64,000 nucleotides of DNA. It comes from Planctomycetota bacterium (GTDB lineage Bacteria; Planctomycetota; Planctomycetia; Pirellulales; Lacipirellulaceae). Each line of letters opens with the position of its first letter. Position 1 is the first letter of the stretch. The DNA is taken from assembly GCA_039190745.1 (NCBI GenBank), contig JBCCXZ010000001.1, positions 64,001 through 128,000 on the forward strand. Reading direction: 5' to 3'. This document shows, one piece after another, positions 10,534 to 19,781 of the stretch. The translations under genes were made by a program, and so were the position numbers. The notes under the pieces are model-generated. The model worked only from the letters and a program-made list of their open reading frames with translations, was not told the DNA's origin and did not search any database.

Positions 10534-11601
10534 CTTCTTGGTGAGCAAACGGCGGGCTCGGCGGCGGGGCGTTGCCGCGGCGACGAGCAGGAGGAGTGCC
10601 GCGGCGGGCTCGGGGACAAGGTGCAGCGTGACGTTGGCGTCGACGGGGAAGAAGTTGTCGGGGTTCCCGCTGGCGTCGGGTTCGAGGTCGAAGCTGAACG
10701 GGCTGCCGTCGGCGAAGAAGCCGGTGAGGGTTTGGTTGCGCTCGGTGAGCTGATAGGGCACGCCGGGGGTGAGGCCGGGGATGGGCTGGCCGTCGAGGAG
10801 GAACTCGGTTCCGAAGAGCTTGATCGGGCTGTTGGGGCCGACGCCTAGTCCGTTGATCGTGCCGCCTGAGATGGTTGACGGGGCGTTTTCCCGGACGAAG
10901 ATGCCGCCGAACTCGCCGCCAGATATGGCGAGGCTTCCATTCGAGATGGTAAGGCCTCCGAAGATGCCGCCCGAGATATCTATGTCGCTGTTGAAGGGTG
11001 AAAAGATAGCCTCAGTGACATTCCCGCCCGTGATTGTGATCTTGCTGGTGAAGGCATCGATGCTCTGGACCTCGCCTGCCGACATTGTGAGATCTGCACC
11101 CAGACCTACGGATACCCTTCCTATTGAACCCCCGGAGATTGCTGCCGAGGTGCCCGGGTTGTCGAATGACGCTGTCGAGACCGTCCCGCCTGAGAGCGTG
11201 AACTGAGCGCCGTCGGTCAGCATGAGAGCCGACTGTACTTCGCCGCCGGAGACGTTGATTGCCGTGCCTTCGGACAGTTCCAACAGGAGAGTGCTAAGGA
11301 TTCCGGACTCGACGTTGATAGTGCTGCCTTCGAAGGCATCGTTGATGCTTAAGTCTCCGCCCTGGAGATTGACCACGATGTTGGTGCCGGGAGCTAATCG
11401 GTCGCCGAGTGTCAGTCGGGCGACGTCGCTCCCCAGGAGGACGTTGAGCGTGGTATCCGATACCAGCGTCGTCCCGTTTGGCACGATGGTCGGCGGCGTG
11501 TCGAAGACGCCGGGGCCGAGCGTTTGGGCCGGTGCGGGGGAGGCGAGCAGCGACGAGACGACGAGCGTGGCGAGCCACGCCGCTTGGCGGGTGTGGTGCA
11601 T
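10531..11601 (-). CDS. PEP-CTERM sorting domain surface protein with Gly-rich beta-helix-like repeats
   Basis: Signal peptide, repeated I/LSGG units, C-terminal VPEP + hydrophobic stretch + Arg cluster. Confidence 0.88.
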   Translation of the reverse strand: MHHTRQAAWLATLVVSSLLASPAPAQTLGPGVFDTPPTIVPNGTTLVSDTTLNVLLGSDVARLTLGDRLAPGTNIVVNLQGGDLSINDAFEGSTINVESGILSTLLLELSEGTAINVSGGEVQSALMLTDGAQFTLSGGTVSTASFDNPGTSAAISGGSIGRVSVGLGADLTMSAGEVQSIDAFTSKITITGGNVTEAIFSPFNSDIDISGGIFGGLTISNGSLAISGGEFGGIFVRENAPSTISGGTINGLGVGPNSPIKLFGTEFLLDGQPIPGLTPGVPYQLTERNQTLTGFFADGSPFSFDLEPDASGNPDNFFPVDANVTLHLVPEPAAALLLLVAAATPRRRARRLLTKK

Positions 11602-11705
11602 ATGAGTGCCCCTGTGTTCTTTGTTCCGTCCCTCAGGGTACGGGATTGGGGGCGTGCGGGCAAAGAAACGCGGGTTTCACGCTGTTTCTTCGTGTTCTTC
11701 GGGCT

Positions 11706-11730
11706 CCAGCCGGGCGTAGCCCGGCGGCTA
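11706..11730. repeat. Dispersed hairpin repeat, family A
   Basis: CCAGCCGGGCGTAGCCCGGCGGCTA. Confidence 0.7.
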
Positions 11731-11933
11731 TTGCGGCTCTTGTCGGAGGCCATTTCTGAGGGCTCTTGGCGGCACTTCAGAAAAAAACTCGCGATTGCCC
11801 AAGATTGCTGGCAGGGGGGCGAAGAGACCTGTGGAAGCCGGGCCCGAGGCTCGGCGGACGTTTGTTTTCATTCGCTTTTTGATGCCCAGGCCCGCCGGCC
11901 GGGCCGGACGCTTTTTCTCGGAGGGCAAGTGCC

Positions 11934-12746
11934 ATGTTTAAGAAGTTGTTTGTGACGGTTTTGGGGACGGGCGTCGTGGCCGGCATGCTGTTCGGCTCGA
12001 GCGCGATGAGCTATCTGGGCACCTCGTGCGAGCGGGTTTCCGACGCGGTCGAAGACAGCGTGCCGGTGGAGTTCCAGATCGACCGGGCACGCAAGATGGT
12101 GCGCGATCTAGAGCCGGAGATCCGGCGTTCGATGCACGTGATCGCCAAGGAAGAGGTGGAGGTGGCTGAGATCCAGAAGCGGATCGCCGCCCGCGAGGAG
12201 AAGGCCGCCAAGGCGAAGGGCGACATCATGAAGCTGCAGGCCGACCTGTCGACGGGCGACACGCGGTTCCGCTACGCGGGGCACACGTACAGCGCCGACG
12301 AGGTGAAGAAGGACCTGGCCCGCCGCTTCGAGCGGTTCAAGACTTCCGACGCAACGCTCGCCAGCCTCCGCGACATGCGGGACGCGCGGCAGCGGAACCT
12401 CGACGCGGCCCGGCAGAAACTCACTGCCATGATGAGCTCGCAGCGTCAGCTCGAGGTGGAGGTGGAGAACCTCGACGCGCAGCTGAAGCTGGTTGAGGTG
12501 GCCGAGGCTTCGAGCGACCTGCAGTTCGACAACAGCCGGCTGGCCCGTGCGAAGAAGCTGATGAGCGACATCCGCACGCGGCTGGACGTGGCCTCGAAGC
12601 TGGCGAACGCCGACACCGAGTTCCACGACGAGATCCAGCTAGACGAGACCGCGCCGGAGGACATCAGCGATCAGGTGGCCGAGTACTTCGGGATCGGCAT
12701 CTCGCTGGACGCGGTTGCAGTGAGCGAGACGAAGACTCGCGAGTAG
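11934..12746 (+). CDS. N-terminally anchored long coiled-coil protein, PspA/IM30-like
   Basis: RBS GGAGG; hydrophobic N-terminus then a nearly continuous heptad-rich helix; first gene of the kinase/ECF operon. Confidence 0.6.
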   Translation: MFKKLFVTVLGTGVVAGMLFGSSAMSYLGTSCERVSDAVEDSVPVEFQIDRARKMVRDLEPEIRRSMHVIAKEEVEVAEIQKRIAAREEKAAKAKGDIMKLQADLSTGDTRFRYAGHTYSADEVKKDLARRFERFKTSDATLASLRDMRDARQRNLDAARQKLTAMMSSQRQLEVEVENLDAQLKLVEVAEASSDLQFDNSRLARAKKLMSDIRTRLDVASKLANADTEFHDEIQLDETAPEDISDQVAEYFGIGISLDAVAVSETKTRE

Positions 12747-12811
12747 AATGCCCTCGTTGACGCCGCGGCGGTTTCGTTCGAGGAGAGCGGGGCTGCCGCG
12801 GCGATTTGTGT

Positions 12812-12842
12812 GAATGACGAAGCACGAATGACGAAGTCCGAA
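12812..12842. repeat. Short tandem repeat
   Basis: GAATGACGAAGCAC GAATGACGAAGTCC GAA. Confidence 0.6.
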
Positions 12843-12896
12843 AAGGCTGGTTGTGGGCCGGCTTCTCTTTAAGGCGGACTTGTTCAGGAGCCTCTT

Positions 12897-14306
12897 GTGA
12901 TGTTGCCCGGTTGGCGTAGGAAGGTCTGGGAGGCGAAGACGGCGGTCCGAGACGGCCGCTGGGACGACGCCGAGCAGCTGTTGAGCCGGGAATCGGTGCG
13001 CGGGTTCCTGCCGGCGAAGAAACTCTCGGACGAGCTGGCGCGTCGACTCGTAGAGCGGTGCGAAGAGCAGCTCGCGGCGGGCGACTGGGTCGCGTCGCTG
13101 CGGAGCGCGGAGCGGGCCGTGTCGCTGGGGTTGGCGGCGGAGGCGCTCGCGGGAGTTCGGGCTCGGCAAGCCGAGCAGGCAGTCGCAGAGCTGAGGGATC
13201 ATCTGATGAGGGGCGACACCGAGGCGGCGTCGCGGCCGATCAAGCGGCTGCGGAAGCACGGGCTGGAGCCCGACCGCACGGCGGGCTGGGCGTTGGTGGT
13301 CGACTTGATCGAACGCGCCCGGGCGGCCGAGGAGGTGGGCGAGGCGTCGCGAGCGGCCGGCTTGCTGGAGCGGGCTGGGCGGGCGGTGCCGGTCGCCGGC
13401 GACCCGTTGGCTGCGGAGATCGACCGGCGGCGTGAGGCGCTGCTGCAAGAAAGCGAACAACTGGGCCGGCTGACGACCGACCTGCACCGGGCGGTGTCGG
13501 GCGAGCGTTGGAGCGACGTGCTGCGGCTGGCGGAGGAAGTGCTAAAATCGGCTCCTCGGCACCCGCAGGCGCGGAAGGCCCGCGACGCGGCGTGGCGTGC
13601 GGTGGGCGTGCAGGCGACGCAGGCGTTTCCGGCGAGGGCCCGCAAGTTGAGCACGCGCGGCCCGCGGCAGGCGAGCAAGCAGGACACGGTGAGCGGCATG
13701 GCGGACCCCGGGCGGCGGATGGTGGCTTGGATCGACTCGGTAGGTTCGTACCTGCTGTGCCTGGCGGACGAGGTGGACCTCGGCCAGCCGTCGGGCCCGG
13801 GCGGGGCGGCGGTTGCTATCTTCGGCGACCTTTCGCGTCGGCACGCATCCATCCGCCGCGAGGGCGAGAGCTACGTCCTCAAGCCGGTGCACAAGGTTTC
13901 GGTCGACGGGCAGCGGATCGCCGGGCCGACCGTTCTGAAACACGATTCGGTGATTCAGCTGGGCGACACGGTGAAGCTGCGGTTCCGGAAGCCGCACGCC
14001 CTGAGTGCGTCGGCGGTGCTCACGTTCGAGTCGCACCACAAGGCCGAGCCCGCTGTGGATGGCGTGGTGTTAATGGCCGAAAGCTGCGTGATCGGCCCGA
14101 AGCCGGTGAGCCACGTGGTTTGCCGGGGCTGGTCGTCGGACGTGGTTTTCTTCCGACGGGGCGATGGCGTGTGCTGCCGGGGGGCCTCGGGCCTGCTGGT
14201 GGACGGCGAGGAAGCCGCAGGCGCATCAGAAATTGCGGACGGAACCCGGATTGAAGGGGAAGATTTCGCGTTATCGATCGAAGAACTGTCTAGTGGGCGG
14301 CCATGA
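12897..14306 (+). CDS. Helical-repeat plus FHA-like domain protein
   Basis: Ala/Arg-rich TPR-like N-terminal half; DLSRRHASI and VIQLGDTVKLRF FHA-type segments; second FHA-like repeat at C-terminus. Confidence 0.75.
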   Translation: MMLPGWRRKVWEAKTAVRDGRWDDAEQLLSRESVRGFLPAKKLSDELARRLVERCEEQLAAGDWVASLRSAERAVSLGLAAEALAGVRARQAEQAVAELRDHLMRGDTEAASRPIKRLRKHGLEPDRTAGWALVVDLIERARAAEEVGEASRAAGLLERAGRAVPVAGDPLAAEIDRRREALLQESEQLGRLTTDLHRAVSGERWSDVLRLAEEVLKSAPRHPQARKARDAAWRAVGVQATQAFPARARKLSTRGPRQASKQDTVSGMADPGRRMVAWIDSVGSYLLCLADEVDLGQPSGPGGAAVAIFGDLSRRHASIRREGESYVLKPVHKVSVDGQRIAGPTVLKHDSVIQLGDTVKLRFRKPHALSASAVLTFESHHKAEPAVDGVVLMAESCVIGPKPVSHVVCRGWSSDVVFFRRGDGVCCRGASGLLVDGEEAAGASEIADGTRIEGEDFALSIEELSSGRP

Positions 14307-14368
14307 CCTGGCGCCTGCACCGCAGTTACAATTGACTACCGCCGCCACCCTCCACTCACGCGAGAGCA

Positions 14369-16348
14369 GTGAACGCACTCCCGACATCGATCGCCATGGA
14401 CCTTCCTCAAGCCGACGCCGACCAAGACGCCCTGACGCAGCGGCCGGCGCGCTTCACGTACCCGAGCGGCTCGAGGCCGCTTGAGGGGTACACGATCAAG
14501 CGCGGTGTCGGGCGGGGCGGGTTCGGTGAGGTGTACTTCGCGGTGAGCGACGCGGGGAAAGAAGTCGCGCTGAAGCTGATCCGTCGGAACCTCGACGTCG
14601 AGCTCCGCGGGGTGACGCAGTGCTTGAACCTGAAGCACCAGAACCTGATCGCGCTGTACGACATCCGCACCGACGACACCGACGACCGGTGGGTGGTGAT
14701 GGAGTTCGTCGCTGGCGAGTCGCTGGAGGACGCGATCGAGCGGCACCCGGAGGGGATGCCCGAGGATTTGCTCGTGAGCTGGTTCGCCGGCGTCTGCAAG
14801 GGCGTGGCCTACCTGCACGACCACGGCATTGTGCACCGCGACCTGAAGCCGGCGAACATCTTTATCGACGACGGCGTGGTGAAGATCGGCGACTACGGGC
14901 TGAGCAAGTTCATCTCGTGCAGCCGGCGGAGCGGGCAGACCGAGAGCGTCGGCACGGTGCACTACATGGCGCCGGAGATCGCTAACGGGCGGTACGGGCG
15001 TGAGATCGACACGTACGCTTTGGGCGTGATGCTCTACGAGATGCTCACCGGCAAGGTGCCGTTCGAGGGCGAGAGCGTCGGCGAGGTGCTGATGAAGCAC
15101 CTGACGGCCGAGGCCGACCTGGCGAGCGTCTCGGAGAACTACCGGGGCATCGTCTCGTCGCTGCTGACCAAAGACCCGGACGCCCGGGTGAAGAACGTCG
15201 GCGAGCTTCTGGAGAAGCTGCCCGAGGGTGTTGCTTCGGGGCCGGCGCGGGTGGTCGATCCCTTGAATCCCGATGCGTCTGCAAAGACGGCTCCGGCGGC
15301 AATGGACGAAGAGCCGATCCTCGCGAGCCTGCGTGCGGGTTGGCGGCACCTGGAAGACAAGTTCCGCACGAACGAGTGGCACCCTGTCTTAAAGGCGATG
15401 GCCGGCGTGGGCATCGTGTTCTTCATGGTGATGGCGACGCCGTTCTCGTTTGGGGCGTTGTTCACGCTTGCATTTGCATACGTGATCTACCGCGGCGTGC
15501 GGTTGGTGGTGCTGCAGCCCGGCAAGCCGCCGATCGCCCAGCCGGCTTCCCAGGCGTCGGCGCCGCTCAAGTCGACGAAGCGCAAAACGCCCGCGCACCT
15601 GAAACGCACTGCGCGGTACCCGCGACGCCGGCACAGCGTGCGGCAGCGGCTGAACGAGCACGTGGCGAACAAGTCGACGCAGGAGCGGCTCACCGAGCTG
15701 TTGGGCGGGATGCTGCTGGCCGCGCTGGTGGCGTCGCTCGCTTCGCTGCTGGTGCTGCCCGGCGCTGCAGACGGCTCGGCCGTCGAGCTGTACGTGTGGG
15801 CCGCGGTGGTGACGACGCTCGCGGCGTGGGCGGCAATGGCGCCGGCGCGGATGATGGAGGGCCGCGTGGAAGACCAGGCGCCGCTCCGCTTCACGCAGAT
15901 GGTGCTCGGAGCAATCGTCGGCGTGGTCGCTTGGGCGCTGGCCGACCTGCTGATGCTTCGCCTGCCGGTGAACAACCAGCTTGAGTTCGGCATGAACCCC
16001 TCCGACACGATTATCTCGGGCAGCATCGGCCAGGGCTTCGGGTACCTAGACAGCTCGCTGGCGGCAGGCTCGGTGGCGGTGCCGCTATCGCTGTTCGCAG
16101 GCTACTTCGCGGGGCTGTTCCTGCTGTACGGCTTCTGGAAGGGCGCCGACTCGATCCGCAGCAGTCGGGTGAGCGTGTGGTCAGTCGCGTGGTGTGTGCT
16201 CGTGGCTTGGTTCTTGCACATCTTCTGGTGGTTCCCGCAGCCGCTGGGCGCGGTGCTCGCTGGGGCGATCGCGTTCACGGTGCAGTTCAGCAGCCCGTGG
16301 ATGCCGCCGAGTCAGCGGCGGAAGCTGGTGGAGGCCGCTGAGCTATGA
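14369..16348 (+). CDS. Hanks-type Ser/Thr protein kinase with multi-pass membrane C-terminus
   Basis: GRGGFGEVY, VALK, HRDLKPAN, KIGDYG, YMAPE; several C-terminal TM helices; alternative ATG at 14396. Confidence 0.93.
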   Translation: MNALPTSIAMDLPQADADQDALTQRPARFTYPSGSRPLEGYTIKRGVGRGGFGEVYFAVSDAGKEVALKLIRRNLDVELRGVTQCLNLKHQNLIALYDIRTDDTDDRWVVMEFVAGESLEDAIERHPEGMPEDLLVSWFAGVCKGVAYLHDHGIVHRDLKPANIFIDDGVVKIGDYGLSKFISCSRRSGQTESVGTVHYMAPEIANGRYGREIDTYALGVMLYEMLTGKVPFEGESVGEVLMKHLTAEADLASVSENYRGIVSSLLTKDPDARVKNVGELLEKLPEGVASGPARVVDPLNPDASAKTAPAAMDEEPILASLRAGWRHLEDKFRTNEWHPVLKAMAGVGIVFFMVMATPFSFGALFTLAFAYVIYRGVRLVVLQPGKPPIAQPASQASAPLKSTKRKTPAHLKRTARYPRRRHSVRQRLNEHVANKSTQERLTELLGGMLLAALVASLASLLVLPGAADGSAVELYVWAAVVTTLAAWAAMAPARMMEGRVEDQAPLRFTQMVLGAIVGVVAWALADLLMLRLPVNNQLEFGMNPSDTIISGSIGQGFGYLDSSLAAGSVAVPLSLFAGYFAGLFLLYGFWKGADSIRSSRVSVWSVAWCVLVAWFLHIFWWFPQPLGAVLAGAIAFTVQFSSPWMPPSQRRKLVEAAEL

Positions 16349-17397
16349 ACGGACTCGCAACCTTGGCCGTGGCGGTCCCGATGGTGGGGGTTTCCCTCGT
16401 CGGCCTGGTCCTGGTCGTGTTTCTGGCTTTGGCTGTGCTCGCGCTGGCCCGAAAACACCCGAAGACGGTGATCTTTGGGGGCCTGCTGTTTGGGGTGCTG
16501 TTGCTGCTGTTCACTTTCGCGGCCCGTGTGAGACACGTGGAGGTGGTCGAGGCTAGGGCGCGAGCCGAGGCCAAAGTCGCCGCTGCGCGGGCTTCTCGTT
16601 CCACGGGGATTCCGACCCCCTTGATCGAAGAGTGGGAGCTGCTGAACAAGCCGGAGATCGAACTGGAAGAGAACGCCGTAGAGCCCACGGTCACCGAGAC
16701 GGCCGCAACCCAAGAGGTTGACGAGGCGAGCGAGCCAGACCAGGCCGAGGAGCCAGGCGAGACCGGTTCCGCCGAAGACGACGCGGCCGAGGCCGAGGAA
16801 ACAGAAACTGAGGCGCCAAGCAGCGAAACGAAGAAGGCCGAAGCGGCTGATCGACGGCCTGAGTGGGTCGACTCCGACTACAAGATGGTCGGGCACGTCG
16901 TGCGGCGGGTGATCCACTCGGGGCCCTACAAGACGGTCGAAGAGTGCCGGCTGGCCCTGGAACCGATGATCGCCGAGGCGGTGCGGAAACGGGTGCGGCG
17001 CCTGGCGACAACCACGCCCGGCTCCGCAACGCACGACGTGCCGCCGGTGAGCGAGATGGGCATCGGGTTGGGCTATATCTTCCGCGACCTGTGCGTGGAC
17101 GACTACGTTGAGGACTACGAAGCTTCAATCGGCGACATGAAGAAGGTGCACGTGCTGATGGAGTTCCGCCCGGCGGAGGACGAGTTCCTGCTCGGCGCGT
17201 ACCAGAAGTACCAGCGGCGGCAGAGCCTTTGGGTGGTGGCGGCGTTTTCCACGCTGGCGGTCTCCGTGGTCGCCGCGGCCTATGGCCTGTTGAAGATCGA
17301 CACTTGGTCGCGGGGCTACTACACACAGCGGTTGCTCCTGGGCGGCGGCGGGGCAATACTGGTTTTGGTCGCGATCGGGATCATGATCGCCCTGTAG
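16345..17397 (+). CDS. Hypothetical membrane protein with acidic extracytoplasmic region
   Basis: ATGA overlap with the kinase stop; N- and C-terminal TM segments; Glu/Ala-rich linker. Confidence 0.7.
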   Translation: MNGLATLAVAVPMVGVSLVGLVLVVFLALAVLALARKHPKTVIFGGLLFGVLLLLFTFAARVRHVEVVEARARAEAKVAAARASRSTGIPTPLIEEWELLNKPEIELEENAVEPTVTETAATQEVDEASEPDQAEEPGETGSAEDDAAEAEETETEAPSSETKKAEAADRRPEWVDSDYKMVGHVVRRVIHSGPYKTVEECRLALEPMIAEAVRKRVRRLATTTPGSATHDVPPVSEMGIGLGYIFRDLCVDDYVEDYEASIGDMKKVHVLMEFRPAEDEFLLGAYQKYQRRQSLWVVAAFSTLAVSVVAAAYGLLKIDTWSRGYYTQRLLLGGGGAILVLVAIGIMIAL

Positions 17398-17506
17398 CCG
17401 CTCTTGGCGATCTCAGCAGCCGCCCTTGGCTGTCTGCGTTGAGGGCCGGACGGGGGCGCCTCGCGGCCGGTTGAACGCACACTGCTCTCTTCGCCGCACG
17501 GAGCCT

Positions 17507-18175
17507 ATGGCCGCACGCATTCAATCATCTGGGCAGCCCAACCCCGATACGCTGCTGGTGGAGGAGATCCGCACCGGGAAGGCCGATGCGTGGAGCGAGT
17601 TGATCGCCCGCTACGAAGGGCGGCTGCTGTCGTTCGTCGAGAGCCGCCTCCGCCGACGGGCGGCGAGCGAGGACGTGGTGCAGGAGACGTTCATCGGCTT
17701 TTTGAACAGCCTGCCGAATTACGACGTGCGGCGTCCGCTGGAAGGGTGGCTGTTTTCGATCGCCGCGCACAAGCTTACCGACCACCTCCGCCGCGAGGGC
17801 CGGCGGCCGACCGTATCGCTCAATGCGGCGGGGGACGACTCCAGCGGCGGCTGGGAGCCGATGGGCTCCGCCTCCCGCGCCAGCAGCATCGCCCGCAGCG
17901 GCGAGCGGCGCGGGCTCGAGGAGGAGGCGCTGGCCGACGCGATCGGGCAGCAGATCGACAAGTGGCGCGACGCGGGCGATTGGCAGAAGGTGCAGTGCAT
18001 GGAGCTGCTGTTCGTGCTCGGTCAGCCGAACAAGGCGGTCGCGGGCGAGCTGGGCCTGAGCGAGCAGCAGGTGGCTAATTTCAAGCATGACTTCCTCGAG
18101 CGGCTCCGCAAGCTGGTGCGGGCTCAGCGGCTGAACGAGGACGTGTTCCCCGAGCTTTCCGGGAGCGGCGGATGA
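17507..18175 (+). CDS. ECF-type RNA polymerase sigma factor (kinase-associated)
   Basis: Region 2 (SEDVVQETF, WLFSIAAHKLTDHLRR) and region 4 HTH (NKAVAGELGLSEQQV); GGAG RBS before 17507. Confidence 0.9.
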   Translation: MAARIQSSGQPNPDTLLVEEIRTGKADAWSELIARYEGRLLSFVESRLRRRAASEDVVQETFIGFLNSLPNYDVRRPLEGWLFSIAAHKLTDHLRREGRRPTVSLNAAGDDSSGGWEPMGSASRASSIARSGERRGLEEEALADAIGQQIDKWRDAGDWQKVQCMELLFVLGQPNKAVAGELGLSEQQVANFKHDFLERLRKLVRAQRLNEDVFPELSGSGG

Positions 18176-18582
18176 GTGAGCCGGTGACCGACGCCGAGCT
18201 GGAGTCGTATCTCGACGAGGCGCTCTCCGAAGGCCGGATGGCCGAGGTCGAGGATTCTTTGCGCGACGAGGAGGGGCTGACTCGGCGTCTGTCGGCGGTG
18301 GCCGGCCGCCGCGACGCGGGCGTGCACTCGTTGGGCGCGGTGTGGCGCCGCCGCCGGCTGAGCTGCCCCACGCGGGAGCAGCTGGGCAGCTATCTCTTGG
18401 GCGTCCTCGAACCGAAACACGCGGCGTACGTGAAGTTCCACGTTGAGCGCGTGGGGTGCCGCTACTGCCGGGCGAGCCTGGCCGACCTGCGTGCGCAGCA
18501 CGAGGCGGAGGAGCAGACCGAGACGGTCACGCGGCGGAAGAAGTATTTTCAGTCGAGCGTGGGGCACTTGGGGGGCGGGTAG
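18172..18582 (+). CDS. Soluble zinc-finger (zf-HC2/ZAS-like) putative anti-sigma protein
   Basis: ATGA overlap with the sigma stop; CPTREQLGSYLLG...FHVERVGCRYC. Confidence 0.7.
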   Translation: MSEPVTDAELESYLDEALSEGRMAEVEDSLRDEEGLTRRLSAVAGRRDAGVHSLGAVWRRRRLSCPTREQLGSYLLGVLEPKHAAYVKFHVERVGCRYCRASLADLRAQHEAEEQTETVTRRKKYFQSSVGHLGGG

Positions 18583-18647
18583 CCTTTACTCGGAACCAGG
18601 CCAACCATTCTTTCGACCGGTCCGAAGACTCTTGGGGGTGAAGCGTC

Positions 18648-19094
18648 TTGCGTTTCAGCACGAGGACACTCCTTGTTGGTGTTGCTGTCGCGGCTGTCTT
18701 GGCCGCTGTCGTCGGTTCTATCTTTCGTTCAGTTGAGAACTCTCTCGGTGCACTCAAAGAGTTCTACGTCCTGGAACAGACTCGAATGATGCTGATTGAA
18801 TTCGTTCAGGAAAACCAAGGAGCATGGCCTTCAGGTTGGGATGACCTGAGTCCCCACTATAGGAAGTACCAGAACCTTGGGTGGTCGCAGAGTCTTGAGT
18901 CACACCAGGAGATGGTTGACGTAGATTTCACGTTCGATCCTGATGGCTATTTCGGTGAGGACACCCGGAAGAACTCGGCTTCGCCACAACTCGTCTTGCT
19001 GAAGTCTCGCTGGCCAGATCTCCATGCGGAAGAAGTCGACGAAATCAACCGTCTGCTTCTTGCGATGTTGCGTTCGATGTACCTGGCGGAGTAG
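18648..19094 (+). CDS. Hypothetical membrane-anchored protein (lower GC)
   Basis: RFSTRTLL + hydrophobic anchor; visibly AT-richer than its neighbours; start uncertain. Confidence 0.6.
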   Translation: MRFSTRTLLVGVAVAAVLAAVVGSIFRSVENSLGALKEFYVLEQTRMMLIEFVQENQGAWPSGWDDLSPHYRKYQNLGWSQSLESHQEMVDVDFTFDPDGYFGEDTRKNSASPQLVLLKSRWPDLHAEEVDEINRLLLAMLRSMYLAE

Positions 19095-19158
19095 CAGGAT
19101 CGCTCTAATCGGCGGCACTAATGGCTTGCCCAGCAGCGTGAGTCAGAGGCTCCCGTAT

Positions 19159-19183
19159 GCCGCCGACGCGTCGGTCGGCGGCT
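19159..19183. repeat. Hairpin repeat family A, GAC/GTC variant
   Basis: GCCGCCGACGCGTCGGTCGGCGGCT, one mismatch from 37668-37692. Confidence 0.7.
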
Positions 19184-19209
19184 GAGGTCTGAGTCGCACG
19201 TCGGGTACC

Positions 19210-19548
19210 TCAATCGGTTTTCTCTGGTAGTTCCTCCTCCTCGATATCGAACCGAGACGAGTGGCGGATGCGTAGCACATAGACCGTGCCGCCGTCGATC
19301 GTGAAGAGGATGCGGTGCTTCTGTCGCTTCGCGGTGCGGTAAACGAGTTGCCGCACGTCCATGCTCAGGCGTTCGTTTTCGTGAACAAGCCCGCAGCGCT
19401 CTGGGTTGTTCCGGAGCGAAGCGATTGCTAGCTCGATGCCATCGTTCCAACGCTTGGCGAACGGCTTAGAGTAGTGCTCAGCGTACCAGCAGACGGCGTC
19501 GCGCTGATCTCGCTTCGCAGTGCTGGTGACTTGGAGGACGTAGGTCAT
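19210..19548 (-). CDS. Type II TA toxin, RelE/ParE family
   Basis: TSTAKRD...WY, LRNNPERC, HRILFTI..VYVLRIRHS; overlaps the antitoxin stop. Confidence 0.85.
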   Translation of the reverse strand: MTYVLQVTSTAKRDQRDAVCWYAEHYSKPFAKRWNDGIELAIASLRNNPERCGLVHENERLSMDVRQLVYRTAKRQKHRILFTIDGGTVYVLRIRHSSRFDIEEEELPEKTD

Positions 19549-19781
19549 TCGTCCTTGAGGAAGGGCAGCTCCCGGCGAAGCTCGGCCTGCACCTCTTCGA
19601 AACGCTGAGTGCGGCCGGCCCGCAGGTCGGCGATGCCTTCCTCGATGGCGGCGACCTCTTCGTCTTGGGCTTGCAGCGAACGGATTGCCTGCAGCAGCAC
19701 GTCGGCCTCGGATGCGTACTCGCCCGACGCGACTTTCTGCTTCACGATGCGTTCGACAGGTTCTGGGAGTTCCATGGCCAT
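19545..19781 (-). CDS. Type II TA antitoxin, ParD-like ribbon-helix-helix
   Basis: KVASGEYASEADVLLQAIR, AIEEGIADLRAGR; start 19781 or 19775. Confidence 0.85.
   Translation of the reverse strand: MAMELPEPVERIVKQKVASGEYASEADVLLQAIRSLQAQDEEVAAIEEGIADLRAGRTQRFEEVQAELRRELPFLKDE

Noticed and set aside
11830..11865. ECF promoter GGAAG...CGTT upstream of the kinase operon
   Set aside because: Spacing of about 21 nt is longer than typical ECF promoters; not supportable without transcription start data
18590..19210. Integron cassettes (attC sites) around orphan and TA genes
   Set aside because: No RYYYAAC...GTTRRRY box pairs found and no intI gene
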